From: Nitrospirota bacterium | GTDB taxonomy: Bacteria; Nitrospirota; UBA9217 | Direction of reading: 5' to 3' | Assembly (NCBI GenBank): GCA_963818475.1 | Contig: CAWFSF010000003.1 | Location: 112,731 to 176,730, forward strand | DNA: 64,000 nt | In this document: positions 34,784-45,026 of the stretch, piece by piece | Layout: every line of letters begins with the position of its first letter | Numbering within the stretch: position 1 is the stretch's first letter | Translations under genes and position numbers: made by a program | The notes under the pieces: model-generated | Told to the model about the DNA's origin: nothing | Databases searched by the model: none | Seen by the model: the letters and a program-made list of their open reading frames with translations, nothing else

Positions 34784-37714
34784 TCACAGCGTCACCGCCA
34801 AATGGTGATCTATCACCGTGACGGACATAATGTCGAAAATACCGCCAGTATCTTTGTATTTTGGATCGGTCAGATCTTCATATCGTCCGATTTGATTGTA
34901 GGCGTCCTGAATTTCACCGTTGACTTGTCCACGATATGCGCCATTTAGAAAAACGACATCCTCCCGGTGTGCCCTGACGGTACTATGGATGTCCGGGTCT
35001 GCTGCCTTCTGCTCGGTAACTTGCTTAATATAAAGGGCCTGTTCTTCGCTGATATCGAACTTAGTTCGAATCTCAGCAATCATATCCTGAACAGTAACTT
35101 TTATGAGTGGTGGGCCAGATCCTTTCTGGCTTGTGCCAGTTTTTAGTTTGACGGGGCCGCCGCTGCGTACCACGCCTTGGTATTCCACGGCCGCCTTGAC
35201 AACCTCTGTCTGTCTAATCTGCCTCATCAAATCAGATACGCTGCCTTGTTTGATGAGCTGCGGTCCAACGTATTCCGCGAATGTCGCGAACTCTTTGATC
35301 GCTGGCGAATAGGTAAAAAAGCAAGTGAGGAAATGAAAGCTTTTAACGAAACGAGCAAGCAAGTAAACAAAATCTTTGCGCTCCTCAGTGTCGACAAGCT
35401 TCTCCTGGCATCGCGTCCGAAGCGAATTTACTATGAACTGCACCTGGGCGTCAGTGCCCGTAGCGAGCACTTGCACAAAATCTGTCGCATCTTTCTGAGT
35501 AAACACCCCTGCCGTTAGGATCTCAGCGTATAATTTCGGACAAAGCTCCTGGTCCGGTTCTTCTGGTTCAAACGGTGTACCTTTGCGGTACTTGGAAAAT
35601 GCCTTGAGAATGGCCTTTGCATTGTTGGTAAAGTCCACTACTATGACATCTTTTTTCCCCTCATAGCAGCGGTTCAATCGGGACAATGTCTGAACGGCAT
35701 TGCGGTCCATAACGGGTTTGTCTAGGAACATACCGGCAAGCAGTGGTTGGTCGAAACCTGTTTGAAACTTATTAGCAACGATCATCAGCCGGTAGTCATC
35801 GCCCTCAAAGCGCTCCTCGATCAACTCCCCTTCCTTCAATTCATTCACTGCATGTTCATTGATATTTGCGTTCGTTACAGTGTGAACGAAATCTGAAAAT
35901 GCATAGAGCACCTTGTAGTCAGCGCCACGCTCTTTAAGCTTTTCTTTAATGATCTGGAAATATCGCAGCCCAGCCACGCGGGAACTGGTTACGATCATAG
36001 CCTTAGCGCGATTATTAATAAGATGCTTCACATCTTTCTCAAAGATACGCAGCATCACTTCAGCCTTGTATTGAATCAGCCCTTCGTCATTGAATGCTAC
36101 ATTCTTCAGCGCCTTTGCGACAATGCCTTTAGGATAGAGCTTTTCCTCCTCGTCCGAGTTGGGCACTACCTGACAATGCAGATTGTAAAGTGTTTTGTAG
36201 GAAATGATGCTGGCTGCCACATCTACGATATAACCTTCTTCGATTGCTTCAGCTTCACTGTATGTGTCAAATGGTTCGCCGAACAAGCTGACGGTCGCCG
36301 GCGCTGGCGTAGCTGTGAATGCAACGAATAACTGATTAAGGTCGTGTTCCCGGATAACCTTGGCTATTTGTTCTTCCTGGTCTTGTTCAGTAGCTTCTTC
36401 ATCCGGTTCGTTTGCCTGTCTGAAAGGCAGCCGGATGGCCGCCCCCATTTGGCCTTCCTGCGAACGGTGAGCTTCATCTATTAAGAAGGCAACTCGCAGC
36501 TTTTTCAGTTCAGGATTTCTTTCTATCTCTTCCAGCACCCATGCAAATTTCTGTTGAGTCGTCACAATGATCGGCTTTCGCTCCGCGAGGAAGCGCGGCA
36601 GGTCGGCGGACTTCCGTGCCAGACCCACAATGTCCTTAAGGTGCGTAAAGTGCTCGACCTCATCTTTTATGTTTGTGTCCAGCGACTTGCGATCGGTAAG
36701 TATGAATACCTGGTCCACCAGTTTCTCGTTCGTGCGAGGCTTAAAAAGGCTGTGCAGGCGGTCCGCCAGCCAGCACATAGTGAGCGTTTTGCCACTGCCG
36801 GCGGAATGGTTGATGAGATACTTGCGGCCGATGTTGGCCTTCGATGCGAATTGTGCCGAGATGTCTTCTGCCACCTTTCTCACCGTACGACTCTGGTGGT
36901 AACGGGGAAATAGGGTGAAAGCAGCGTGCGCCGGTTTGTCTTCATCGGCCTCTCGTTCCGGCACGCGGACCAGAAAGAATGAAAGCGCTTCGAACAACTG
37001 CTCCTTGGATAGCACCTCGCCGTAAAGGAATTCCACTGGGTATTCGCTGCCATCCTTAGTGACGGGCTCGTTCTTCAGGCCCGTATTATGCCAGCGGAAG
37101 TTTTGTTCGCGGCGCGGGTCTGTGGCAGCCATCACATCGCTTGTGTCAGCAGCAAGGTAAAGGAACGGGTGTTGGAAAATATTGCGTGCATGATCGCGTG
37201 CAGCAAATTGTGCCACAGCATCATGCACGGTCTGATTCTTCTCGTGTTTCAACTCCAACGCCACGATAGGCAGACCGTTGAGGAAAACGACGAAATCAAT
37301 CTCCTGATTGGTTTCGCCGAAGTAGAAATGTGGCCGAAAGGTAATGCGGTTCTCGCCGAATTTGCTGGTGGCTGTGCTCTCATCGGAGCGGGGCTTTGGA
37401 TAGAAAAGCCGAAACTCCTGCCCGCGCACTTTTAATCCATGGCGGAGGAGTATCCACAACGGCGTGTGCTTCAGTTCCTTGCGTAGGGCTTTAAACACCT
37501 CGTCTCGCGCGTCTGCTCCGTAGTCATCTGCAAGCTTTTTGAGCGTACCGGACTGCGTGGCTTTGAGGAATCCCCAAAGCTGATCTTCTGCAATGTAGTG
37601 CTCGGTGTCCGTGATATCAGACTGTTCGAGCAAACCATAACCGTGTTCGCGGATCAGGAAGTCCGCGATATGCTTTTGAAAGACCAGTTCAGGTGCTTTC
37701 TTTCGATTAGCCAT
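34784..37714 (-). CDS. hsdR: Type I restriction enzyme R subunit
   Basis: 976 aa. The N-terminal nuclease region is followed by SF2 helicase motifs: INHSAGSGKT (Walker A), FLIDEAHRSQ (DEAH) and VAFTATP. It overlaps hsdS by 8 nt. Confidence 0.9.
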   Translation of the reverse strand: MANRKKAPELVFQKHIADFLIREHGYGLLEQSDITDTEHYIAEDQLWGFLKATQSGTLKKLADDYGADARDEVFKALRKELKHTPLWILLRHGLKVRGQEFRLFYPKPRSDESTATSKFGENRITFRPHFYFGETNQEIDFVVFLNGLPIVALELKHEKNQTVHDAVAQFAARDHARNIFQHPFLYLAADTSDVMAATDPRREQNFRWHNTGLKNEPVTKDGSEYPVEFLYGEVLSKEQLFEALSFFLVRVPEREADEDKPAHAAFTLFPRYHQSRTVRKVAEDISAQFASKANIGRKYLINHSAGSGKTLTMCWLADRLHSLFKPRTNEKLVDQVFILTDRKSLDTNIKDEVEHFTHLKDIVGLARKSADLPRFLAERKPIIVTTQQKFAWVLEEIERNPELKKLRVAFLIDEAHRSQEGQMGAAIRLPFRQANEPDEEATEQDQEEQIAKVIREHDLNQLFVAFTATPAPATVSLFGEPFDTYSEAEAIEEGYIVDVAASIISYKTLYNLHCQVVPNSDEEEKLYPKGIVAKALKNVAFNDEGLIQYKAEVMLRIFEKDVKHLINNRAKAMIVTSSRVAGLRYFQIIKEKLKERGADYKVLYAFSDFVHTVTNANINEHAVNELKEGELIEERFEGDDYRLMIVANKFQTGFDQPLLAGMFLDKPVMDRNAVQTLSRLNRCYEGKKDVIVVDFTNNAKAILKAFSKYRKGTPFEPEEPDQELCPKLYAEILTAGVFTQKDATDFVQVLATGTDAQVQFIVNSLRTRCQEKLVDTEERKDFVYLLARFVKSFHFLTCFFTYSPAIKEFATFAEYVGPQLIKQGSVSDLMRQIRQTEVVKAAVEYQGVVRSGGPVKLKTGTSQKGSGPPLIKVTVQDMIAEIRTKFDISEEQALYIKQVTEQKAADPDIHSTVRAHREDVVFLNGAYRGQVNGEIQDAYNQIGRYEDLTDPKYKDTGGIFDIMSVTVIDHHLAVTL

Positions 37715-38402
37715 TCGTTTTTACCTGGTTCAAGTCCGCAGCTGTGACCCGCCTCTGGCCGGCGATGCATTCATTTATCAACGCTTTGCGATACGCAAAT
37801 AGGGTTCCCATTTGCCTATTCAGAACTCCAATTGGTCGGGCGATTTCGTTTGGTGCCTTGTGTAGCGATGCCACCGAATCCAACACGGTGCATTTACTGT
37901 CCAAGTATGTCACTATTAATTTTTGTTCTTGGACCGTTGGAAGCGGCAATACAAGGGACCCAAATTCTTTGTCACCAACTGCGGGGTAACCAACACCCGT
38001 TGCTGATGCCTCAAAATACTGGCGAGCATAATCTGATATAAGGACGTAGTAAGCAAACTTGGGCCAAAGTCGGTTCTCATCTGTCTGCACGACGTTAAAT
38101 CCTGTAGAGCAGACTAACCCTGATGGGTCATTCGGAAAGAATGCTACCGCCTGAAGATTGGGGCGAACGGAGGAAATGATTATGCTGTTCTGAAAAACTA
38201 ATCGGCGTGCTCGCGATGGTGCGTCCTCAAACCGCAGTTGCTCGATGGCATTTAAATCTACGATGCCGAAATAGTCCACGTTGGATATTTCAAGATAAGG
38301 AAATTCATAATCGGGAGATGTGCTGGCTGACAAAGAGGCTCGATTAATAGCACAAAGATCCTTCATCCTATCATCTTTCCAATCGGAGGGAAAGACACTC
38401 AT
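37707..38402 (-). CDS. hsdS: Type I R-M specificity subunit, half-size (single target recognition domain)
   Basis: 231 aa. One TRD plus a conserved helix region (SSVRPNL, GVGYPAV, LPLPTVQEQKLIVTYLD). It overlaps hsdM by 4 nt. Confidence 0.75.
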   Translation of the reverse strand: MSVFPSDWKDDRMKDLCAINRASLSASTSPDYEFPYLEISNVDYFGIVDLNAIEQLRFEDAPSRARRLVFQNSIIISSVRPNLQAVAFFPNDPSGLVCSTGFNVVQTDENRLWPKFAYYVLISDYARQYFEASATGVGYPAVGDKEFGSLVLPLPTVQEQKLIVTYLDSKCTVLDSVASLHKAPNEIARPIGVLNRQMGTLFAYRKALINECIAGQRRVTAADLNQVKTNG

Positions 38403-40396
38403 CGAGAAGCCCCTCCCTTTTCAAGCAAACCAACCATTTTCTCTGCTTCCTTCTCCAGTGTCCAAAACTCTGCTAACAAGTCCTTAGCTGGTGTGGGCGG
38501 TTGGTAGCGGTAGAAATATTTGTTCGGCAATATTTCATAGCCGAGCTGCGGGCTGTCTTCCCAGCGGATGATGGGCTTGGCGATTTCGCGCTTCAGAAAC
38601 GCTTCAATATCCTCGCCGTGCGGAATGTACTCGTCATCCTGCACGTAGTGCCTGTGCGTCCATTCGACAGAAAGGACTTCAGGTCGATCTCCGAGAGCTT
38701 CCTTTAACTTCTTAGCGGCGCTGTCTCCTGGTTTGAGGACGAACTCCACGGTCTTCTCTTTGATATCAGTCTTCACGCGCACGCGGAAGGTGATGTCGTT
38801 TTCATGAAACGTCTGTTCTTTGGAAAGGTTGGTTGCGGTGAACGCCTTCTCGTAAGGCTCGGTGACGATGGCGGGCTGGTCGTGCTCGTCAGTCTGCCAG
38901 AAAACCACCTTGACCTTATGAAACGCGAAGTCCTTCCCACGGTAGAGCTTTACATGCTCATCATCAAAACTGGGTTTCCAGCCTTTGCGATAACGCTCCT
39001 CGATCCATTGCCGGTGAGTGTCAGTCATCCGGTTGCGTTTGTTGCCGAAAGACTTCGGCTCTTTCTCGAACTGTTGGCGAGCGTCGATCAGCATCACACG
39101 GCTGCGATGGGTGACGGGCTTCTCGTTTCGTAGCAGCCAAATGTAGGTAAAGATGCCAGTGTTGTAGAACATCTGGTCGGGTAACATAACGATAGCATCG
39201 AGCCAGTCATTTTCCAGAATCCATCGGCGGATTTCACTCTCGCCTGAGCCACAATCCCCGTTGCAGAGTGGAGAACCATTGAAGATGATAGCGATGCGAC
39301 TGCCGCCGTCTTCGGGCAAGACCATCTTCACCAGCATCGTTTGCAGGAAGAGCAGCGCGCCGTCGTTCACGCGCGGCATACCAGCCTGGTAGCGAGTCCC
39401 CTCCAACTTTTTCGCCTCTGTTTCATATCCGTCCTTGCCGCCCCACGTAACGCCGAAGGGCGGATTGCTGAGCATGCGGTTGAAGCGGTATTTCGTTTCC
39501 GAAAACTGGTCTCCAGGCTCTTTGCTGCGCGAATCGTGCGGAATGAGAGAATTGCCAAGCAGGACCGTCGCCTGTTTGTCGTTCTTAATAAGAAAGTCGG
39601 CCTTACAGATGGCGTAGTTAATAGGCGATAGCTCCTGGCAATGAAGGGTAAGGAACTTCTCAACGCGTTCCTTTTCCGCCGGAGTGGCAGCGCGATCAAG
39701 CATGTGCTCTTTAGCAATGGATACCATGCCGCCTGTTCCGCCAGCCGGGTCGTAAATGGAAAAATGCCGGTCCGGGATCGGTATCTCCAATAACTCGACC
39801 ATGAGCCGGATAACCTCACGCGGGGTGAAGTGCTCTCCAGCTTCCTCGCCGCTTTGTTCTGAGAATCGCCGGAGCAGCTCCTCGTAAATGTACCCCATCT
39901 CCAGGCCGGAAAGCTGATCCGGCCCAAGGTTCAGTTCCTTGTATTGATTCAGGATCGGGGCGAGCCGGTTGTTCTTCACCATCGTGCCGATGATGGCGCG
40001 GTAGTTAAAGTGCTCAATGATGTCGTCAACATTCTTTGAGAAGCCGTTGATATAGGCGCGGAAGTTTTCTTCGAGCAGCGTATGGTCTTCCTCGTACACT
40101 TTACGAAGCGTCCAGTCGGTCTTGTTTGAAAATGGTGACTGCTTGGGATTCAGCTCAAGTTCTTTTACAAGCTTTTTAAGCTCCTTCTCTGTGAGCTTTG
40201 GCCGCTTAGCCAGCACCTCGGCTCGCTTTGCCTCACGCCATGCAAGCAACACGCACTCCAGACGTCGTATAACTATGATCGGCAGTATGACGCCTTGGTA
40301 TTCGTAAGCCTTGAACTTTCCGCGAAGTCGTTCGGCAGATTTCCAGATGTCACCGGCAAGGTTGTCGAGCTTTGGTTTGTTAAGGGAGAGTGCCAT
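38399..40396 (-). CDS. hsdM: Type I R-M DNA methyltransferase subunit (N6-adenine)
   Basis: 665 aa. SAM-binding motif I IYDPAGGTGGM and catalytic motif IV LSNPPFG. The N-terminus is HsdM-N-like. Confidence 0.9.
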   Translation of the reverse strand: MALSLNKPKLDNLAGDIWKSAERLRGKFKAYEYQGVILPIIVIRRLECVLLAWREAKRAEVLAKRPKLTEKELKKLVKELELNPKQSPFSNKTDWTLRKVYEEDHTLLEENFRAYINGFSKNVDDIIEHFNYRAIIGTMVKNNRLAPILNQYKELNLGPDQLSGLEMGYIYEELLRRFSEQSGEEAGEHFTPREVIRLMVELLEIPIPDRHFSIYDPAGGTGGMVSIAKEHMLDRAATPAEKERVEKFLTLHCQELSPINYAICKADFLIKNDKQATVLLGNSLIPHDSRSKEPGDQFSETKYRFNRMLSNPPFGVTWGGKDGYETEAKKLEGTRYQAGMPRVNDGALLFLQTMLVKMVLPEDGGSRIAIIFNGSPLCNGDCGSGESEIRRWILENDWLDAIVMLPDQMFYNTGIFTYIWLLRNEKPVTHRSRVMLIDARQQFEKEPKSFGNKRNRMTDTHRQWIEERYRKGWKPSFDDEHVKLYRGKDFAFHKVKVVFWQTDEHDQPAIVTEPYEKAFTATNLSKEQTFHENDITFRVRVKTDIKEKTVEFVLKPGDSAAKKLKEALGDRPEVLSVEWTHRHYVQDDEYIPHGEDIEAFLKREIAKPIIRWEDSPQLGYEILPNKYFYRYQPPTPAKDLLAEFWTLEKEAEKMVGLLEKGGASR

Positions 40397-40428
40397 TATG
40401 TTTCTATATATCCTTTCAACTGTTAGTT

Positions 40429-41364
40429 CTATCCGTTATTGGGCCAGGCTTTTGAAAAAACCTGTTTGAACTTAATGGCTGCAGCGACAAGCCATGCGAA
40501 TGCTTCGTCCCGTTGTCGGCTACTTATGTCAAACTTACGCGTCAAGCGTATACGGCTAGCTTTTTTCTCTGGCAATTCCTGCCACAACAGCGCACCAAGA
40601 CCAAGCTCTTTCTCAATTGCCTCTTTGTTTGAAAAGAGTGTCGCGTACAAAGCTTTTGAGTTTGGAATATACAGCTCGCAGCCTATTTGATCTTCTAACG
40701 TAAGCACTGTCAGAGTGAGATGACTATCCGACCGCCCTATTGAGACATCGTACCAATGTTGTGCTCGTGGTGTGCGCAACTTTAGGGCCGAATTAACTGC
40801 GGCATAATCACGAAGTTGTGTCCAAAATTCAAGTTGAAGAAGTTTCGTATCTGTTAGTTCATTCGGGTCAGTACTCGTCCCGCCACGAACGGTTTTTGTC
40901 CAATCATTGGGTCTGGAAATAATAACAAACTTTGGAGCAGGATCAGACTCGCCTATTTTCCAAAGCTCAATGCGGACAAGGAAGAAATTCAGTTTTTCAT
41001 CAGTATGTTCATTGAGCCAGTCGACTGCTTGCTTGTGCTCATCTCTTACATCTTTAACGATCCATACGATGTATTCCGCTTCAATTCCTGCTGCATAGGT
41101 GAGAATCTGGCCCAGGTGACAATGGTCTGTTGCTTCCAGCTGGTTTTCAATAACGATTTTCTTGCCGGTATTCTCTTCCTGGGCCAGGATATCTGCGCTG
41201 AATCTGCCTACTCCTGCCTCGGTTTGTATTAACTCAATATCAAGTCCTATTTCATCCCCTAATTCCGCAAGGTTCTCCGGTTCGGCAAGCCAGCTTGTAA
41301 AGTTAAGCGCCTCATGCTTCCAGTACTCGCGCAGATCTACGTTTGTCAGTTTTCCGAGCTTCAT
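40429..41364 (-). CDS. DUF4268-type protein with an N-terminal PD-(D/E)xK-like nuclease core
   Basis: 311 aa. FSADILAQEENTGKKIVIENQLEATDHCHLGQILTY resembles a D...E.Q/K nuclease core. The C-terminal half is DUF4268-like, from memory. It lies immediately upstream of hsdM. Confidence 0.55.
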   Translation of the reverse strand: MKLGKLTNVDLREYWKHEALNFTSWLAEPENLAELGDEIGLDIELIQTEAGVGRFSADILAQEENTGKKIVIENQLEATDHCHLGQILTYAAGIEAEYIVWIVKDVRDEHKQAVDWLNEHTDEKLNFFLVRIELWKIGESDPAPKFVIISRPNDWTKTVRGGTSTDPNELTDTKLLQLEFWTQLRDYAAVNSALKLRTPRAQHWYDVSIGRSDSHLTLTVLTLEDQIGCELYIPNSKALYATLFSNKEAIEKELGLGALLWQELPEKKASRIRLTRKFDISSRQRDEAFAWLVAAAIKFKQVFSKAWPNNG

Positions 41365-41407
41365 TGTGTCTCCTTTGCAGATAGAGCAATGGTATCGTGA
41401 GGATGTT

Positions 41408-41734
41408 TTATTGGGACTGACTACATAGGTATGCCTCGCCTCTTACAGCAGAACCGGACGTGCCCGTTGTAACGTTTAGGAGATGAACTGTATTTGCTCT
41501 CATGTTGGCTGCATTATTTCTAATTTCCCGCATAGCATTCTCTTCTGCTGCTCCTTGGCCGGAAATACCGCCATTCATGTGGTCAGTGCCTTTTACTTGG
41601 CCAATGTATTTGCAGTTTCGTACTACCTCTGCGTTAGAGGTGAGGCGAACTGCTTCGCCTTCCGGTGTAAGCCCTACGGTGACGCACGAGGAACAAAGTA
41701 AGAAAACAAAAAGTAATAAGCATTTTTCTATCAC
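41408..41734 (-). CDS. DUF4156-like lipoprotein
   Basis: 108 aa, lipobox FLLCSSC. The pattern CKYIGQV...NAMREIRNNAANMRANTV fits DUF4156 as I recall it. Confidence 0.55.
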   Translation of the reverse strand: MIEKCLLLFVFLLCSSCVTVGLTPEGEAVRLTSNAEVVRNCKYIGQVKGTDHMNGGISGQGAAEENAMREIRNNAANMRANTVHLLNVTTGTSGSAVRGEAYLCSQSQ

Positions 41735-42010
41735 AACAGTCTCCTTTTATTACCACAGTAAAACCGGACACATCAGCATTATGCCGCTATCGGAGATCGT
41801 AATGGTGATGATCGTACGCTGCCGCAGGCTGAAACATGAAGCGAGTCTGTAGAAAAAGCCAGTTTGAATAGCTTGCCTGTTCCCCGTTATCTGGTTCTTT
41901 GTGTATCCTGGTGTGGGGACGTTTTTATCGATTCTGCTGATTTATCGGTTTAGGAGAGCTGATTTGTTCTCGCTACCGCATTTTTCATTCCCTTTCTGCT
42001 TCCCTTTACC

Positions 42011-43562
42011 TCAACTACCCGCGAATCCAAACCCGTATCGATGCACCTTCAATAGATTGTGCACGACGCAATAGAGCCGCCACTGAATGCTTACCTTCTT
42101 TTTCCCTCGGAGGCTGAAGCGATCCAGGCCGAGGCTGCTCCGGACATTGGCAAAGACGGGTTCGACCGTCGCCATTCTTCGTCCGTAGATCAGCTTGCCG
42201 GCTGACCGAGTCTATCTTCTCCCGCATCTTCTGAGTAAACGTCTTCTCCTTGTTCTCGGTCCTTCCGGTAAAGTGCGCGAACTGTCGAACTTCAGTCCGG
42301 TCGGGTTTCTTCAAGCACTTCTCTCTAAGTTGACAAGGGATGCAATCTCGTCTTCGCTCCTTTGAACCTGACAACCTGTAATCCGTGAAACGGTACATTC
42401 CCGTGACGGTACATCCGTTTCCCGGCAGGGCAGATGCAGAAGCTTTTGTCAGGGCTGACCGTGAAGTCTCTCGGCTGAAAAATGATCGGCCGGTCGAATT
42501 TTTTGGCCATTTCTTTGTTGAACCTCTCCTTGTGTTTGTCCGCATCCGCAAACCGGGGATCGCGGTGACGAAACTTGTTGTCGGCGATGTATGCGTCGAT
42601 GCCGTCCTCAATTACCATCTCCACGTTCTTTTCGGAGTGAAAGCCGCGTCGGTGGTCAGTTTGGTCTTTTTGAATATGTTCTTTTCCTTGCCGATTGTCT
42701 CGAAGTTTTCTCGGGTTCCTTCGACCATGGGTTTTAGTATTGCGGATTCGGAGTCTCCGGTCGCTTCCGCATGGACCACTACCTGGTGCTTGCTGTCTAC
42801 CATCGCCACGCCGTTGTAGCCCTGGACCACACCGTGTGAGGTCTTCATGGTGGCGCTTTCGTTGTCGGTTATGTTGCTCTTCCGGGGTTTGCCCTTGCTG
42901 CCGGGCTTGTCGTCGTTTTCAGCAAGCCAGGTCTTGATCTTCTTGATCTTCGCCTTGAGCGTTGAAATGTACTGTTCTTCCTTCTCGATGACGGCCTTGT
43001 CGGTCTCGATGCCATCTCGTTCCTTGTGCTTGGTGATCATCTCCCGGATGGCCTTCTCCATCTTCTCTTTTTTATGTTCGAGTTCTTCCCTGGTTCCGCT
43101 CCATTCCTTCGAGGCGTTCGAGGGGAGCTTGCAGCCGTCTACGGCGAACATCTCTTTGCCGATCAGGCCCATCTCGTCGCAGATCAGGAGGACTTCGAGG
43201 AAAAGCTTGATCGTCTCCTGGTCGTGCGAGGAGATGAAGTCGGCTATCGTGGTGAAGTGCGGCCGGGTGTCGGCGGAAAGGGCCATGAAGATTACGTTAT
43301 CGTTGCAGCAATCGGCAATCTTTCTGCTTGAGGTGATTCCTTTGGAATAGGCGTAGAGGACGATCTTTAAGAGAATCCGGGGATCGTAGGCCGGAGCGCC
43401 GGTCTCATCGTTCTTGTACTGGAGGTCGAAAGCGGAAAGGTCGATGTCGTTGTCGATGAGATAGTGAAGAGTGTGTTCGAAGGTGCCGTGAAGGATTTGT
43501 TTGTCGAAGTTGATCGGAATGAACTTGCCTTGGGAATAATTGTAATCTTTATACTTCGCCAT
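42011..43562 (-). pseudogene. IS1182-family (IS5-like DDE) transposase, at least 3 frameshifts
   Basis: The main ORF 42612..43619 starts MAKYKDYNYSQGKFIPINF...YDPRILLKIVLYAYSKGITSSRKI. The gene continues in ORFs 42325..42624 and 42015..42611, and in a third frame ending ...GRRMATVEPVFANVRSSLGLDRFSLRGKKKVSIQWRLYCVVHNLLKV...* at 42011. The element ends were not identified. Confidence 0.7.
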
Positions 43563-43711
43563 ACGCCTCCCGTAGGTGAGGGGTTTTGATGATGCCTTAC
43601 AGCGTTTTGATGGCGTCATTATAGCATAAAATGACTTTTCCTACAGGTTCAACGCGCGGGTGAGACGCGCGTCTTTTGCGTCGATTTCGACCCGATGGCT
43701 GGCTTCTATTT

Positions 43712-44296
43712 CTAAAATTTATAATTAATACCGTACTCGATATTATTGAAGGTCGTTCCGTTGAAATTATTCTCTGTTACGCGAAAGGTAGATGGAATCG
43801 GAATCAATTCAGCATTTTCTGCTTTTTCTCTATAAAAATATAAAATGAGCACAAAAAGACCGGCTGCGGCATTCAGGCAATTTTTCAGATTGCCTTTATG
43901 ATAATCTGTATTTCTGTGATGTTTAACTTTATTGTATGCGGTCCACCAATCGGGCACTCCCGTCGGTTCGCTCCAATTAGACCACGGTGTGAGCTCAAGA
44001 CCAAATCTAGGAATCGTAACTTTGAAATTCTGAAAGCTTGGATACGCAGCCCGAATTTCATTTCGATACTGATTAATATTTGAAGCTGAAGAATTCGGAT
44101 TTATTTTTGCGCAAAGTTGCTTCGCAACAACATCTGCTTCTGAGGCAGCAGAGAAAAGGACCCTTGATATTTCAAGTGAATAACAATTGAAATTGTTTTC
44201 GGCGAATTCAATGTATCGTGACAGCACTTCAAGATCCTTCTCTAAAGCGAGAAAGTAATTCCAGTGCGCCAAAGACGGGCTTGTCAGAATCACCAC
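43712..44296 (-). CDS. HEPN-like protein (Rx4H motif)
   Basis: 194 aa, GTG start preceded by aggagg. NKVKHHRNTDYH contains R-x4-H in a predicted all-helical, AT-rich ORF. The family resemblance (MAE_18760-type HEPN) is from memory. Confidence 0.45.
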   Translation of the reverse strand: MVILTSPSLAHWNYFLALEKDLEVLSRYIEFAENNFNCYSLEISRVLFSAASEADVVAKQLCAKINPNSSASNINQYRNEIRAAYPSFQNFKVTIPRFGLELTPWSNWSEPTGVPDWWTAYNKVKHHRNTDYHKGNLKNCLNAAAGLFVLILYFYREKAENAELIPIPSTFRVTENNFNGTTFNNIEYGINYKF

Positions 44297-44529
44297 GTTA
44301 TTCCTCCTGCCAACGATGCAAGCCTACAGTGTCAGGTCTTTTATTTTGGTGTTTCAACTTTTTCCGCCAACACAAGCCTTTATTCCCTGGCCCATATCCC
44401 AACTTCTGTCCGATCTGCACCCCTGATTGCAGCAGGTTCTCATCGTGGATCGTTGATATCGTGGCCGACCCGCCCGCGACAATTTGCTGCATGAGTGTAG
44501 CTGATTGAGTACTCGCTGTCACCTGTCGA

Positions 44530-44551
44530 AAATGACAGGTGTCCAAGCCAT
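44530..44551. repeat. Palindrome CACCTGTC-gaaaat-GACAGGTG, copy 2
   Basis: A homologue of 19946..19967. The flanking block cgacaatttgctgcatgagtgtag aligns with cgacactatgttgcaggattgtag at locus 1 (18/24). Confidence 0.5.
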
Positions 44552-44751
44552 GATCAAATCTCCTTCAGTCTCTTATGGATGATATCCAGCTCGCGCCGCG
44601 GAATGGTCTGCTCCGTGAAAGCCTGTGGATTTTCCTTGAACAAAGAAAAGCCGGTCAAAGATGATTTTACTCATTTTAACCGGCTCGGACTGTTCTTATA
44701 ACGATAGTAAACGACCGCGCACCTGTCAAGTCTTTGCTTAACACTTTTATA

Positions 44752-44937
44752 TTATAGTCCTATCGCTTTCTTTAAATCCTTGTGACTTGTCCATTTTTTG
44801 TTCTTCATTTTCACCTGCAACGCGGAATAATAGTCCTTTTTATCTTGCTCGATTTCCTTGAGCCGCAGATATTCCTTATAATCGAGGACAACGGCAACCG
44901 GCTTGTCGTTTTCTTTCACGATCTGAGTCTTAATCAT
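44752..44937 (-). CDS. Phd/YefM-like antitoxin, no intact toxin downstream
   Basis: 61 aa. KPVAVVLDYKEYLRLKE is typical of Phd/YefM. No ORF of 60 aa or more follows it. Confidence 0.55.
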   Translation of the reverse strand: MIKTQIVKENDKPVAVVLDYKEYLRLKEIEQDKKDYYSALQVKMKNKKWTSHKDLKKAIGL

Positions 44938-45026
44938 GGTATGCCTTCTGCCTGTGCTTTACTTCGAAAGCTGTTTGACCGCTCTTTCCGAATATTTTAT
45001 TTCCATAGGAAATCAGCATCTTGAGG

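Noticed and set aside
42011-43562. Programmed ribosomal frameshifting in the IS1182 transposase (and in the RAYT at about 15068)
   Set aside because: Frameshifts are scattered through unrelated housekeeping genes across the window, and no slippery heptamer was evident at these sites. Indel error or decay is the simpler explanation.
44298-44546. 82-aa ORF immediately upstream of the HEPN-like gene as a possible antitoxin
   Set aside because: Its start codon lies inside the conserved palindrome, it has no recognisable fold or motif, and the region is homologous at the DNA level to the non-coding leader at 19.85-19.97 kb.
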